Of a stretch of 64,000 nt of DNA, positions 1 to 18,246 are shown one piece after another. Numbering within the stretch: position 1 is the first letter of the stretch; every line of letters starts with the position of its first letter. The position numbers and the translations under genes are program-made. Source of the stretch: the human T2T-CHM13v2.0 reference genome, Homo sapiens. The stretch is taken from assembly GCF_009914755.1 (NCBI RefSeq), contig NC_060941.1; one strand, 5' to 3'. The notes under the pieces were generated by a model, which worked only from the letters and a program-made list of their open reading frames with translations, ran no database searches and was not told where the DNA came from.

Positions 1-1138
1 ACAACATCATGTATCTTTTTGGGAGGACACAATTCAACCCACAACAATCAGGTACAATCAAAAACAATAAAGATACTTCCGGTGATTAAATGGTAAAAAA
101 AAAATTAGAAAATAAAGAGAAAAGAGAACGTAAGCAAAGCCAATTCAAAGGAAGAAATAAAAATGGAGAGGAGATGAAATGGGGAGATGTCGGTCACAGC
201 GTGCAAACTGAGTTACAAAAGGAACCAGCTCTGGATCTCAGGTGCAGCAAGGGCAGTGAGGGGTGTGTTCATTAATTTGATTCTGGTAATCATGACACAA
301 TGTATACCAATCATCATGTTGTACACCTTGAATATATGCAACCTTCATTTGACAATTAAATATTTTAAAATTAAAAAATTAAAAAAACAAGGCACATTCT
401 GGACACTAAAATCCTGCTCCAGTGGGTACCATTCTTCCTGAATCCAGCTCCTTGATTATCCAGGAATGCCATGATTACAAGGTAAATTTTCCTGCAAATT
501 TTTTTTTGTTAAACTGATATGTGCCGTTTAAAGTTTCTCAAACTAGTCCTTCCTTGCTCGAAAGTCTCTTGTACTTAAAACACTGGGAGGAGAGAGGCTA
601 TGGGTAATGAGAAAGGGGAGGGGAAAATATATTAAAGGTGAGACAGTTCTTTCTACATTAGATGGACTATCAGGTGACGCCATCCCATAGGCAGGTGGGA
701 AAGACGGGAGTAGAGCCTAGAAGAGGCCACAGGACCAACACCGGGAGCTGCCCGCAGAGAATTGAGGACTGAAGTGGCCATAAACGCCAAGCTCTGCAAG
801 GGAGTGACCACAGAGAGAAAAGAGCAGAGGGTGGACCATGAAATCCTCAGGAGAACCTTGGAAAGGGGAACAGGGAAGAACTGATGTGAAGATGCCAGAT
901 GGGGGGTGGGGACCTGAGCTAGGCAGGTCTCCAAAGTGAGTGGAGGCAGCAGTGTCAGGGGAAGGGAAGTCCACACCACATCCTACACACGCGATGTCAA
1001 CAAAGTCAGAGAAGAGGTGAGGAGCCAAAGACCCTACAATGTCACTGGGTTCAGCTGGGAAGTTGGTGTTGATTAGAAGAGAGTACTTTGGCGGACTGAG
1101 GGAATTAGCGTTGACAAGTAGAAAGAACTCCTATAATT

Positions 1139-1622
1139 TGATAAAGACTCTGCTTGACCAAACTTTAGTCAGGCTCCTGAAACTTGTCCTGGGCTCATCT
1201 GTGCGGTTACTTGTAAATCTAGTTTTAGCAAAGAACCCGGCCAAGTCCGTTCAGCCAGTGCCGCCAGCCTCTACGCTCTGATCACCTGGATATCTGATCA
1301 GATTCCTCACTCTCCACCATCTCCCAGGTAATGTTGGGTCACCCTGGACTGTCTTCAGCCAGAGTCCCGTTAGGTGTGTTTAGCCTGAATACTCCTTACC
1401 TGTAATGTTTCCTTTTAGTAATTTTCCACCCACTGACTGCCACCCTGCTCCTTGGTTATAAACTCCCACTTGCCCAGGCAGTATTCAGAGTTGAGCCCAA
1501 TCTCTGTCTCTCACCCACTCCAAGACCCCGTTGAGCGGTCCCTATGCCCATCCACATGGTCCTGAATAAAGTCTTCCTTACTGTGCTTTAGCAAGTGTCG
1601 TTGAATTATTTTTTCCTTAACA
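1139..1622 (+). mobile_element. Solo LTR, MER31-like (ERV1)
   Basis: TG...CA termini, 4-bp TSD AATT (1135-1138 and 1623-1626), AATAAA about 1566; start TGATAAAGACTCTGCTTGACCAAACTTTAGTCAGG resembles MER31. Confidence 0.8.
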
Positions 1623-2814
1623 AATTCAATATGAAAAAGAAGACTCAATAGAAAGATGGGCAAAGTATATAAAACAACACCTACAATAGACTTCTTTCCA
1701 GTAGTTACAGTGAATAAACAGGAGCTATAGGAATCCACATGGATAAATCTGAAAAAGACGAGATAAGACAAATTGCAGAAAGAAATGCACAATCTGGTAC
1801 TTAAAGTTTTTAAATTTTCATTTTTTACTTAACAGGTGAAATTTCACATATTATTTGTATATACATGCACATATAAAAGTGTAAAGACATTTAAAAAGTG
1901 GTTACACGTACAGAAAAAGACAAGGGAATGAGATTCAGGCAGGAGAGGTTCATAGGGGATTTTAATTGTATCTATCATGTTTTAAAAACATTTTACATTT
2001 GATTAAGGATATTAGACATCATAAAATAAGCCAGCCTGCTATTTTTGGTATCTAATGAAAATCTCTTTCTTGGTCAGGCATTGTGGCTCACGCCTGTAAT
2101 CCCAGCACTTTGGGAGGCCGAGGCGGGTGGATCACTTGAGGCCAGGAGTTTGAGACTAGCCTGGCCAACATGGCAAAAAGTGAAAATTGTATTTTTTCTC
2201 TTCTTGGGGACCTTCAGCTGTAACAGAAGAGAGAAGAGCTGACTTCTGGAATTAACCAAATGTGAGAGGTCCAGGTTTAGATGCATCTGGGAAGGTGGGG
2301 GGCTGCGCAGAGGGACACTGTGTTTAAATTTGTCTTGTTACATCTGGCTGACAGCCTGGCCAAAGCTACAACATTCCTGATCACACAGGTCCATTGTGAC
2401 TGCATTACGGTCTCATTGCAATTTCCGCAGCCCTGAGGGCCGGCTGGAATTGCCACCAGGGAAGTTAGAGAAACTAGAAGGTGCTTTGTTCCTGGGGCTG
2501 GACTTTTCTACTGGAGTTAATATTCAGAAACTCTGGAAATGAGACTGAATCAAATTTCCAAATCCAAATCAAGTTAATTGTACTCCCTATTCTCTTTTAC
2601 AAATTATCAGCAGCATGCATTAGAGCTGTCAAATCTTTACCCACTTGATGGAAAAGACCAACAAAGCTGCTCTTTTTGAACATTGCTGATTTTTATTTGC
2701 TTTTACTTTTTCTAGCCATAACAAGAGATTTTCTCAGAATGCCTTATACTTGGTAAAAAGATTTTTACAGACTTACAGATGTGCTTTTCTCTTAGATGAA
2801 GTGTGATTGGATAA

Positions 2815-3183
<369 letters not shown>

Positions 3184-3626
3184 TGAAAATTTCATTTTAA
3201 ACATTCCCTTAATTTTCTTACAAGTTTAAATATCTGAAACATGAAAAGCTGCAAATATCTACATTCATTGTACATCATAAATATTTTATTACTCCTTCGA
3301 GCTGCCATTTCTATGATGTACATAAGAGGAATCCCCGGAGCACAGAAAATGATGAGAAAGTTTAAGCCAAGTTCAACATGAAAATGATTGGCTTATTTTC
3401 CTTTAAACCTCATGGCACCCAAGACGCAGCTTCATGCGCACCTTGTTATTGTTGCTCACAAACCCACCGGTCACTCTGCTTCCCACTTATCTTCTAGAGA
3501 CTTTTGTTCACAAACCCCAAGCCTTAGCTTCATGCTCCATGAAGTCAATGTCCACAGGATGATAGTTCCACTTGCCCTGCTGTTCTTTGAACCTCTTATC
3601 TCCACCCCCCGCCCCCCACCCACCCC

Positions 3627-3628
<2 letters not shown>

Positions 3629-3659
<31 letters not shown>
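3629..3659. repeat. (CA)n microsatellite
   Basis: Direct reading. Confidence 0.95.
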
Positions 3660-3661
<2 letters not shown>

Positions 3662-3821
3662 GCATCCCCATGCCTCACCAGCACCAGCACCTCTACCTCT
3701 GGAACATTCACCCCAGACATCTCCTCTCACCACCACCAGTACGTCAGCTACTTGCTCGAGAACTCATAATATTCAAATCCTTTTACCCCTGGGAGAGCTC
3801 TGTCCTGAGTGCACATGTTCC

Positions 3822-4965
<1,144 letters not shown>

Positions 4966-4966
4966 G

Positions 4967-7780
<2,814 letters not shown>

Positions 7781-7789
7781 ATTATTGCC

Positions 7790-8450
7790 AGTGTGTGGGT
7801 GCGCACCCAAGGCAGCGCGCGACACATTCCGCTGCCGATCTCCCCCTTGGGGTGGGAAGATCTTACAAACTGCATGTCTCTCCCACTTAAATTCGTAGTC
7901 AGCCTTAAATAAACCCGGCCGCCTTCACCACAACACCGCCACCGAGACCGGTAGGGCCTGCCTCAGCATCCGCCACGCCTTCTCGTACCCCGGAAGGGTG
8001 CGTGCGCGCTCTCGGAGATAGGGGTCTTCAGCCGTGCGCGTGTGGAGCAGGGCCACGGCGCCTGCGCAGCGGAGGCTGTGGACCACATTTCCCAAGAACA
8101 CTGCGTTCCTGGGCCCGCCCAGTGTCCCAGAGTCCCTTTCGAGGCGGAAGCTGGGCTCCTCCCTGCGTCTCTTTCTGGGCCGTGGAGCTGTCCGCTCTGA
8201 AACCTGAGGAAGTCGTAGTTCAGGGAGGGGTAGCTCTTGCACCTAGGCCGTTAGGAACGAGTTTTAGGTTCGAATCCCATCTTATGGAAGGTGGTATTGG
8301 TCCCTTGGGTGTCCCACCCGTCTCAGCCAAACTGCGGGCCATTTCCCGGGGCGAGCAAGGGGAGTTACCGCGCCAGTGGGTGGACTCGCCGCCTCTCGGA
8401 GTCGGGAGGAAGTCGAGCTGGGGTGCAGTTACGAGTCTCAGTTAATAATG
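7790..8450. promoter_or_regulatory. Orphan CpG island with promoter motifs
   Basis: CpG-dense non-Alu sequence; ZNF143/THAP11-type GACCACATTTCCCAAGAA (about 8081-8098); ETS-like CCGGAAG/GCGGAAG; NRF1-like GCCTGCGCAG. Confidence 0.75.
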
Positions 8451-8468
8451 AATAGGGTGGCCAATGGT

Positions 8469-9023
<555 letters not shown>

Positions 9024-9571
9024 TCACTTCGGAGAAGCTGCCCTCTCTGCAAACTTATTTGAGTAAGGGACTGAAGACTGAAGTTAGGGAGAGGAAAGGG
9101 ATACACGTCTGTTAGTGCGAGTTGCGTGTCTTGTTAGTGCGAACTGGAACCCAAGTTTCCTTTGGGAAGACTTTGGCGAAAGAGTACAGGAACACCAGCC
9201 ACTCCAGAAAGAGACCGCTCCTCTTGAACCCGCCCACTTAACTCCTCCCGCAGGCTCTACGTTCGAATGCCTCCACCCTGATTTTAGAAGGTTATAGGCG
9301 CACAATCAAGGAAATGTCGACAGAGGGCGTCCTTGCTCTAAGCAGCATTGTCCACCTGCTTCCTGAGCGGGGTTCAGTGATTATTCTCTGAACCTGGACT
9401 TCTGGCGTTGTGCCTCTATACTCCATTTCCCTGCTTCAAAGCTCTCCTAATTGACTTTATTTTCTGACACTCCCCCACTTTACCCCCCAGGAGTGTTGCT
9501 TCTTTTATTTCTTTGCCTGGATGGTCGTTTGGCTTAGTAAATAGACCTAGACCCCACCCCATGGTGTAGAA

Positions 9572-9852
9572 GCAGTTGGTGAACTTCTATAAAGGGCCAG
9601 ACAGTACACATTTTAGGCTCTGCGATCTCCTTATGGTTGAAAGTTCTACTGTTGTAGCACAAAATCAGCCTTGGACAGTAAGCAAATAGGTGTGGCTGTG
9701 TTCCAACAAAACTTCACTGAAATTTGAATTTCACTGTAATTTTCACGTGTCACGAAATATTTTAACCGTTTAAAAATGTAAAAATAATGTGTGTGTGTGT
9801 GCGCGCGCGTGTTAGCTTGGGCCGCCAGCTAGCAGTAGTTTGCCAATTCTTG
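9572..9852. mobile_element. MER58-like hAT DNA transposon with (TG)n(CG)n microsatellite
   Basis: TAAAGGGCCAGACAGTACACATTTTAGGCT... and ...GTAGTTTGCCAATTCTTG termini. Confidence 0.7.
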
Positions 9853-10789
9853 GTAGAGAAAGAGAGCAGTCTCCACCTAGGTCTGGGAATTCAGGGAGAG
9901 AGGTGCTGGCCAAAATAACAGTTCATGGCCTGCTTTTCTAGATCTGGGAGTGAGTAGGACTACTACTAGACTCTCATTTGACCTCTCCTTTGGGAATCGC
10001 AGGGTATATAGTGCCCACTGATTGGTGGGAATTTTGTCAAGGTGGGTGTGATAATCTGGCTTCTTTCCCTTCCCAGCTCTTTATAGTCTTTCTTTCTTTT
10101 TTATCGTTCTCTCCCTCTCTCTCTTTAGAGATGTGGTCTTGCTATGTTGCCCGGGCTGAGTGCAGTGACTATTCACAGGCCGGATCTAGTGCACTGCAGT
10201 CTTGAACTCCTGGCTTACAGTCCTGCTGGTTCTGAGAGGCAGGGGAAGAAACGGCCACCATGCTCTGCAGCTAGGTCTCAGGTAGGTTTGGGCCATCTCT
10301 CTTCTCTGGTTTCTAGGCACATCTCAACTCAGGATGCACCTTTCCAGGGAGAGGTGCATCCTGAGTTGAGGTAAGTATTCATCCTGGTTGCAAGATGAAT
10401 ACTTTTCATTCTTCCACTACACAGTCATTTTAAAGTTAAGTTTCATCTATGATGGGTATTCTGGGTCCTAGAAGAGAGGTGGTACCTGGGTCAGTCCCTT
10501 TCCAGTCTGCAGTCTAACACATACAGATTAAATGAATGTGAAAATAAAAAAATGCTTTGTAATTACAAAGCACTCTGCAAATACAAATGTTGCAGTAAAG
10601 AAAAAAAGTATGGTTGACATCTTTCTTTATTCTAGAAAGTGCAAATCTATCTTTTTTGAATACTTAGCACTTCTCTGAACTACTGTATCTTGCCAGCACT
10701 TTGCACAGTGCATATTAGAATAACACATTCAGTCAATATTTATTGAGTGCCTACTTGCCTATTATGCATCTCTTAGTGCCTTTCTGGTT

Positions 10790-11365
<576 letters not shown>

Positions 11366-12031
11366 CTAATGTAAAATATAGTGCTCAGCATGAATATTCC
11401 AGGTATAGTTTAAAATCAGTTTACAGTGGAGAGCATTACTTTTCAATTTCTGGATGCAGATCTTATTTTGATATGGCCCAAAATTGTTCTTCAAGAAAAA
11501 ACCTCTACTCTTGTAGGCATGAAACAGCCAACTTTCTTGTAAGACCAATAGGACTAAAATGATTATTGGTGAATAAGAGAGTGGCTCCTAGCTCCCCTGT
11601 CAAAGTTATAATAAATTTAGAAAGAAGAGGTTTGGGGATGAAAACAATTTAGTTTTAGGTTAAACCACATAAGGTACTTATGAGATAGTTCTGAGTGATC
11701 ACTGACTATATGGCTTTGAAACTTGGGATAGATCTGAGTGAAAAATTGGTAGGAGGAGGTGCATCCTGAATTGAGATGTTCTCATTTAAACATTTGAATT
11801 TAAGAAACTGTATGGGAGGGGGACCTCTTTTGGCTTTGGAGCCTCCCACCACCCCCGTCTCTGTACAAGGGAGGTGCTTATTTCTTCCTTCTCCCTTCTT
11901 TCTTTCCTCTTCTTGCCTATTAAACTATCTGCCCCTTAAAACCACTCCACATATGTCCATGTTGTTTTATCTAAACCAGCATGAGGACCAAGAACCCTGG
12001 TGTTCCTCCACTCATCGGAGCCGTATCATTT

Positions 12032-12049
12032 TGGTGCATTGGCCAGGAA
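12032..12049 (+). other. Retroviral primer binding site, tRNA-Gly type
   Basis: TGGTGCATTGGCCAGGAA just after the LTR end (...GTATCA 12028); 17/18 complementary to the tRNA-Gly(GCC) 3' end ...TTCCCGGCCAATGCACCA. Confidence 0.85.
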
Positions 12050-12935
12050 AGGAAATTCAATCATGAGACTGGTGAGTATGGAGCGGATTTCAACTTTATA
12101 TCTGTTCTTTAGTCTCAAGGCTCTCTTCCAGCTACCCTGTCGCCAAAACTTTCTTTCTATCTGTGGTCTCTCTGTGTGTCTAATGTGCAGGATTCTGTCT
12201 GTTAGAAAAGATCGTGAATCACGGCATGCAGTAACTCAATAAGTGTCTCTCTCTCTCTCTACGTTTTCTCTGGCAAGCACATGGTATTTCTAAGCCACCT
12301 AGTAGAAATCAGGCTGTAGGCCTCTTCTAAGAATGGGAAGTTTCTGCTTTTAACAGTTAGGAGTAGGATGTCTTCCATGGCCAAATTTTAGTCTCAATAT
12401 TGTCCCACTGGCAGGAAAACGGCCATTCAGTTCCTATGTTCCTTTAAGCCATCTATTCTGGCTCCTACTAAGACAGTGCTTAATTAGTAAGGGGATTTTA
12501 AGTCCAGAAGTTAACCGGAACCATTCTTCTATGGGTAAATGCTTTAGCATGGGCTATAATGGCAGGATATAGAGTTCAATCTATCACATCCCCTCCCTTA
12601 AAGGGTCTCTTCCCAATTACATGGTTTTTCTTCAAATCCATTTTTTGGGAGGCACACAGGCCACCCAAGTCTAGGAGGTCAAAGGTAAATAAAAGGCAGA
12701 GAACTGATTGCTTGGGAACAGCGTGACTATGGCCCAAAACTCAGATCCTCTGGTGCCATGGCTTGGAGGGTCACACCTGCAGTCATGGGTGGAACATTTA
12801 AATGAGTGCTGGGAATCCAGGAACAAAAGAGAAAATAGTTGGGGGACGCCTCCTACTGCTTTCTTCTCCATCCTGGATTTCATACCAAAAGGAAGGAGAC
12901 TAAAAGGACGCTTTTATTCTCACTTCTCTTTCTAG

Positions 12936-13460
12936 ATGGGTAACAGACCATCTTCAACATGCACTTCTCTTGAGTGTATTTTGAAGCACTAGGACTCTTT
13001 CGACCTTGAAACTTTGAAGAAAAAGTGGCTTATTTTCTTTTGCAGTCATATCAGGCAGGCCCAGGGAAAACAGTACCCCAAAATTTAAAAAGTAACTTTC
13101 AGGGAAGTCATCTGAGGGTCCCCCTTATTTGGGGCCCCTTCAAGTTCCCTTCTCATTGCAGGACCTTTGGCAAGTAAAGGGAGACTTAGGCTGGTTTTCT
13201 GATGACCTTAATAAGTATATGGAAGCTTTCCAATATTTAACTCAGGTATGTAACCTCTCATGAAGGGATGTTATGTTGCTGCTAAGGCAAACCCTTACTG
13301 TAGGTAAAATAAGCAGCTCTGCAAGCAGAAGAAAATTTTGGAGATAAGTAATGTCTCCTATAGAAGGCCAAAAGGGAAAAGAAAAAAATAGGGAAGGCAA
13401 AGGGGAAACACCATTCCCAATAGGAAAAGAGGCAATACCTCCTGACAACCCTAATTGGAA
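12936..13460 (+). pseudogene. Degenerate gag (MA start and CA fragments), HERV-W/ERV9-like
   Basis: [35 protein letters not shown] from 12936; QVPFSLQDLWQVKGDLGWFSDDLNKYMEAFQYLTQVCNLS*RDVMLLLRQTLT from 13141; PIGKEAIPPDNPNWN. Contains stops and deletions. Confidence 0.85.
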
Positions 13461-14019
13461 CTCCTTTCTGTGGTGTTTTTCCTTGTTTTGCAGTTTAAAA
13501 TGGCTTCTCTTTTATAATGTTCTTCCAACATGGAAAAGGTTAATTTTCCAAACCTTAAAATGTTTGGCATAGAGTTGAGCTAGGGGGAAGGAAACCCAGC
13601 CCAGAAGCCTGATATGCTGGCAAAAGGGTAAAAATTTCTTACCAGTCAGGCTTTTGGCTTCTCTCTTCCTGTGGAAACCGGCAAAAGGGATAATAAAGAT
13701 CATTGTTTATGTTTTCTTTAAATTTATAGTTAATGAAAAAGGATTTGTGAGGTTGGTCTTAAGCTGTAAACAATCTGCTCTTCTTTGTATGTCTTTCTGT
13801 GTGGTTCTGTTAAAGAAAAGGTATCTTAGGTCAGGATGCAGGCCCAGAAACCCATAAGCCTGCTGTTCAAACCAGCCCAGCAAAGTATCCAGTGGCAAAC
13901 TTGGCTACAGGCCTCCATCTTGTTTCATGTCATGGGAACATAATCTGTAACCATGTGGCAATACTTTGTTTTTGTCTCCGCCATTTTACAATGGTGGCTG
14001 TCTTCTTGTGCTAAATCAG

Positions 14020-14400
14020 ATAAGCCAGTTTGTCAGTCTGGGCTGTGTCAGCTGATCCATCAAGGGCAGGGTTTACAAAACATCTTAAGCACTGATCATA
14101 ACAGCCGTTTAGGGAGGGTCAAAATCTTGTAGCCTCCAATTGCATGGCTCTTGGGCCATGGTTTCTAATCCTGTAGCTAGTTTCTTGGTCTGGTCCCCAG
14201 GCAAAAGGGAAGTATATCTTGAGAAGCAGCTGCTATCTTCTTTGTTTTAGACTATAAACTGTAAACCAAGCTCCTCCCCAACTTGATTCAGCCTATGCCC
14301 GGGGATGGGCAAGGACAGTTTGGGGACTGGAAACAAAATGGAGTTGTTTGGGTGAGATCTCTTCCACTGTCTCAGTCACAATTTTGCAGTGACAGTTTCA
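14020..14400 (-). mobile_element. LTR8/MER4-group LTR fragment in antisense inside the ERV body
   Basis: Reverse complement begins TGAAACTGTCACTGCAAAATTGTGACTGAG, like the LTR8 5' end as recalled. Confidence 0.6.
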
Positions 14401-14413
14401 AAAGCTGCCTGTC

Positions 14414-14667
14414 CGGGTGGATCACGAGGTCAGGAGTTCAAGACCAGCCTAGTCAACATGACGAAACCCTGTCTCTACTAAAAAAACAAAAATTAGCCAG
14501 GCGTGGTGGCATGCACCTGTAGTCCTGGCTACTCAGGAAGCTGAGGCAGAGGAATTGCTTGAACCCAGGAGGCAGAGGTTGCAGTGAGCCAAGATCATGC
14601 TACTGCACTCCAGCCTGGGTGACAGAGCAAGACTCTGTCTCAGCAAAAAAAAAAAAAAAAAAAAAAA
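14414..14667 (+). mobile_element. 5'-truncated AluS inserted in the ERV
   Basis: TSD AAAAGCTGCCTGTC at 14400-14413 and about 14664-14677; poly-A tail. Confidence 0.9.
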
Positions 14668-15574
14668 GCTGCCTGTCACTCCTTTAAAAATACCTTTTAC
14701 ACTCCTGGTTAAGTCATAACCTAATTAAAGCTCTTTAGTTTTACCTGTGAGGTTACTTATTGTAAAGTTCAAAAGCCAAAAATCTTAACTGCTTGGCATG
14801 GCTAAGGTCAAGTAACAAAGGATTTAGAAGAATTTTCTTAAAGAGTGCTCAGCTTAATTAAAAGTGGAAAATCAAGTTATAGGTATATTAAAAGGCCTTT
14901 ATGTTTTTTCTTTTCTTGAATCTTGTTTTTCTGGAAAAAGGCTCATCTCAGCCGACTGAATTATTTTTCTCCATTTTTTGTCTTACTACTCTTAATGCAT
15001 GTATAAAAGGCCCTAAGATAACTTCTGGTAGCATGGGACTCCTCAGGAAACACAGAGGAGGCGCCACAGACCCCGTTTTGGGAAAAAACCCTCTGTTTTC
15101 CTCATGAAACCCCAGGAATTAAAAGCAAATAATTCCCTCTCAAAATCAAAGGCTCTGTTCTGTTTTGCATTGTGTTATCTGATGGTTTTGAGTTTTGGGG
15201 GTATCAGAAATTACTTCGCATTTTTACAAGAAAGCTTTGGTGTGTAATAATCAAGTAGAAAATACACTGTAAGGGATGGCTAATAGTAGTTATAAATCAG
15301 GGATGCTCTTGGCCACCTGGAAGATAAGGAAACATCCTCACCCTGCACTGGGAGATGAGACTCCCATCAGGGATGGGCTAATTACAAAATAAGCCAATTG
15401 GCTTTGGGCTGCCTTGCAATGCAATGCATGGTAGAAGCACTACACCGTCCTCTCCCATAGTATCTATATGGTCTTTTCATAAATTAAGCATTAAAATAAA
15501 AGCATAGCAAGGAGGTCTTAAGACACTAATCTGCCCCTTAGTAAAAGGGTTATAAAAGGTTTGTAAAGATTTCA

Positions 15575-15889
<315 letters not shown>

Positions 15890-17872
15890 TCATGGTCAAA
15901 TTGGTTAGGATTTGATGGAATAATCTATAAGGTTTCGTGTAAACAAATTGGGGTTAACATTAATAAACTAATGCAAGGGTAAAATTTTGCTTTGAACAAG
16001 ATTTTCATTTCATAATAAAGGCTAATGAAAGGATTTTGCCTTTTGAGTCATCATTTTGGCAAAATAATTTATGGCAATCTGGAAATTGTCCTTCCTGATA
16101 CCTAACTTTTTGAATGGTTTAGAGGGGCCCTGAAACATTCAGAAAAGAGGTAAACAGGATTATTTGACATGTTTAGTCACATGAGATTGCCAAAATGATG
16201 TCCAATCTTATTTAAGTTATAGTTTGGTGAATAATACTAATATATGTTTCAGAATTGTATGGGATTTCTAAGATTCTAATGTCTAAGTATATGCTATCAA
16301 TCATAATTAAGGGTAAAGTTATTGTAAACCATGAAGATAAATAAACTTCTTTGTCAGTCATGTTTTTAACTATCCTGAAAATTTTGTCATTCACAGACAA
16401 TTGTTGTCCTGCTTTGTTCCTTTTCAAAAAATGGTTTATAATCAAGCTCTATTAAGGAGTTCAACAGGTGTTCTCAAATGCAGGTTTTTAATAGCTTTAA
16501 AGATTGTAACATTGGAATAGAGAGAGAATGTATGGGACTCACAAAGAACTAATATGTTCATAAATATCAAGCAAAACAAGAGTTAAGTAAATGGACTGCA
16601 CTCAGAAAGTTAAAGCAGAGTTTTTAACTTTGCTTGGAATATTGCTGATCCTTGTTTTGTTTTTCAGAGTCAAGAAAAGTTTTAAACTATTTATGGCCTT
16701 TAATAATTGAGTAAGGTATACTCCTGTGAACAAAATTTGGAGCATATTTATTTGTCTCTGCCTGGTTCCTCTAGAATTTGGAGACTAGCTGTACTCTTAA
16801 CTTAACGGCAATATAGCTCTTTGCATCAGTGCAATAAGAATCCATTTTTCTTTGTCAACAGGACACATTGGAAAAACTGGTTATTTTAACCAAGGCTTGA
16901 GGGTGTGTTTCCTTTTAAGGAATCAAGCTTGACATGCAGAGCAAATAAAAGCCCCTTGGGGAGAACTGGCCTCATACCTTGTCTGCACAGTCCCTGCACA
17001 AGATTCCTAACCTGTGGTCAGTAAAGAGTGTCACTTTCTAATAGGTCTGGGAGCTCCGAGTTTATCTTGGGGCCTCAAGAGGAGAGGATCACCCAACTCA
17101 CAGGTATTTGAGGATACAAACCCATGGCTGGGCTTGGCTTTAAAAGGTCTTATCTGAGATTCCTTGTAGAACAGTTTCATCGAAGCCAATCCAAAAGGCC
17201 TGTGTAGAAATAACCTTTCTTGCTGCACTTTATGCAAACAATCAGGCCATGTATAGGACTAAAGTTTATTCTACAGACAACACACACGGGCCTATCATAA
17301 TTTGTTTTTATCAAAAATGAGGACTGGAGAGAAAAACTGTGCTCCAAAGCTTATCATACATTTCTCCAAAACTTACTATACATTTCTCATTAAATCCTAG
17401 TCTCATCAATTGTTTTTAAGCTTTTTGCCTACATATTATACTAACTCTGCTTATTCCTGTGAATCAAGTGGTAATCCCCTACAGTTTGGAAGAAATAAAA
17501 AGGGATGGGTAATGTAAAAATCTGAATCAATATGCTAGTTCTGGGCAATTATCCTGCAAATTCTGCCAGTTAATGAAAGTGAGTATGATGCCCATTAACT
17601 CAGGTTTTTTTTTTTTTTTGTTTGGGAAAATAAAACCAAGGCTTCATAGACCACCAAAGGAAAATTCTGTATCTTGGCAAGTAAAATTTTACATGGAAGT
17701 TATCTACTACATCACACTTGTGGAAGTTGCTATACTCACTCTGCTATTTGCAAGAGGGTTATACGTGGTAGCACCTTCTAACTGACATATTGGACAGAGT
17801 TTCCATTGCTGTTGTATTTTGCTCAATTATTATCCTTATAGCAGGGATAATAGTTACTGACAAAAAGGAAGC

Positions 17873-18246
17873 ATGAAAGTTTTACTATCACTGAGTCTGC
17901 TAGCACTTTTTATTGGGTTTAGTAATGATTAACACCTCTAGTAGAGGAAAATCTACAGGTACTTAAGAATGAAATCAAAATTATTAACAGGCTCAGGGAA
18001 AATGCCGGCTCCAGCCCTGGATGGCTACAATCCCTCTTTAATGAATTCCAATCTTCTTTATGGAATTGGTCAGCCCCTTTATCAAGCCCTCTCCTGCTTA
18101 TATGTCTTGTATTGATATTTGGACCCTGTATACTCAGTACCATAACTCGAACTGTTTCTTCTCGCCTCAAAGCAGTCAAACTCCAAATGGTACTGCAAAC
18201 TGAACCACATATGGACACGCCATTCTCCCGAGGACCCTTAAGTTGA
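17873..18246 (+). pseudogene. Internally deleted env: signal-peptide-like start plus TM subunit C-terminus
   Basis: MKVLLSLSLLALFIGFSND* at 17873, then out of frame an open stretch 17941-18246, VEENLQVLKNEIKIINRLR...PLLLICLVLIFGPCILSTITRTVSSRLKAVKLQMVLQTEP...RGPLS*. This has the gamma-type TM anchor FGPCI and a KLQM tail like HERV-W env. Confidence 0.85.

Noticed and set aside
10120-10215. 7SL-like antisense sequence (GACTATTCACAGGCCGGATC)
   Set aside because: Short decayed FAM/FLAM-type Alu monomer, not a functional SRP RNA gene.
12032-12049. tRNA-Gly-like sequence
   Set aside because: Only the 18-nt complement of the tRNA 3' end (a PBS), not a tRNA gene.
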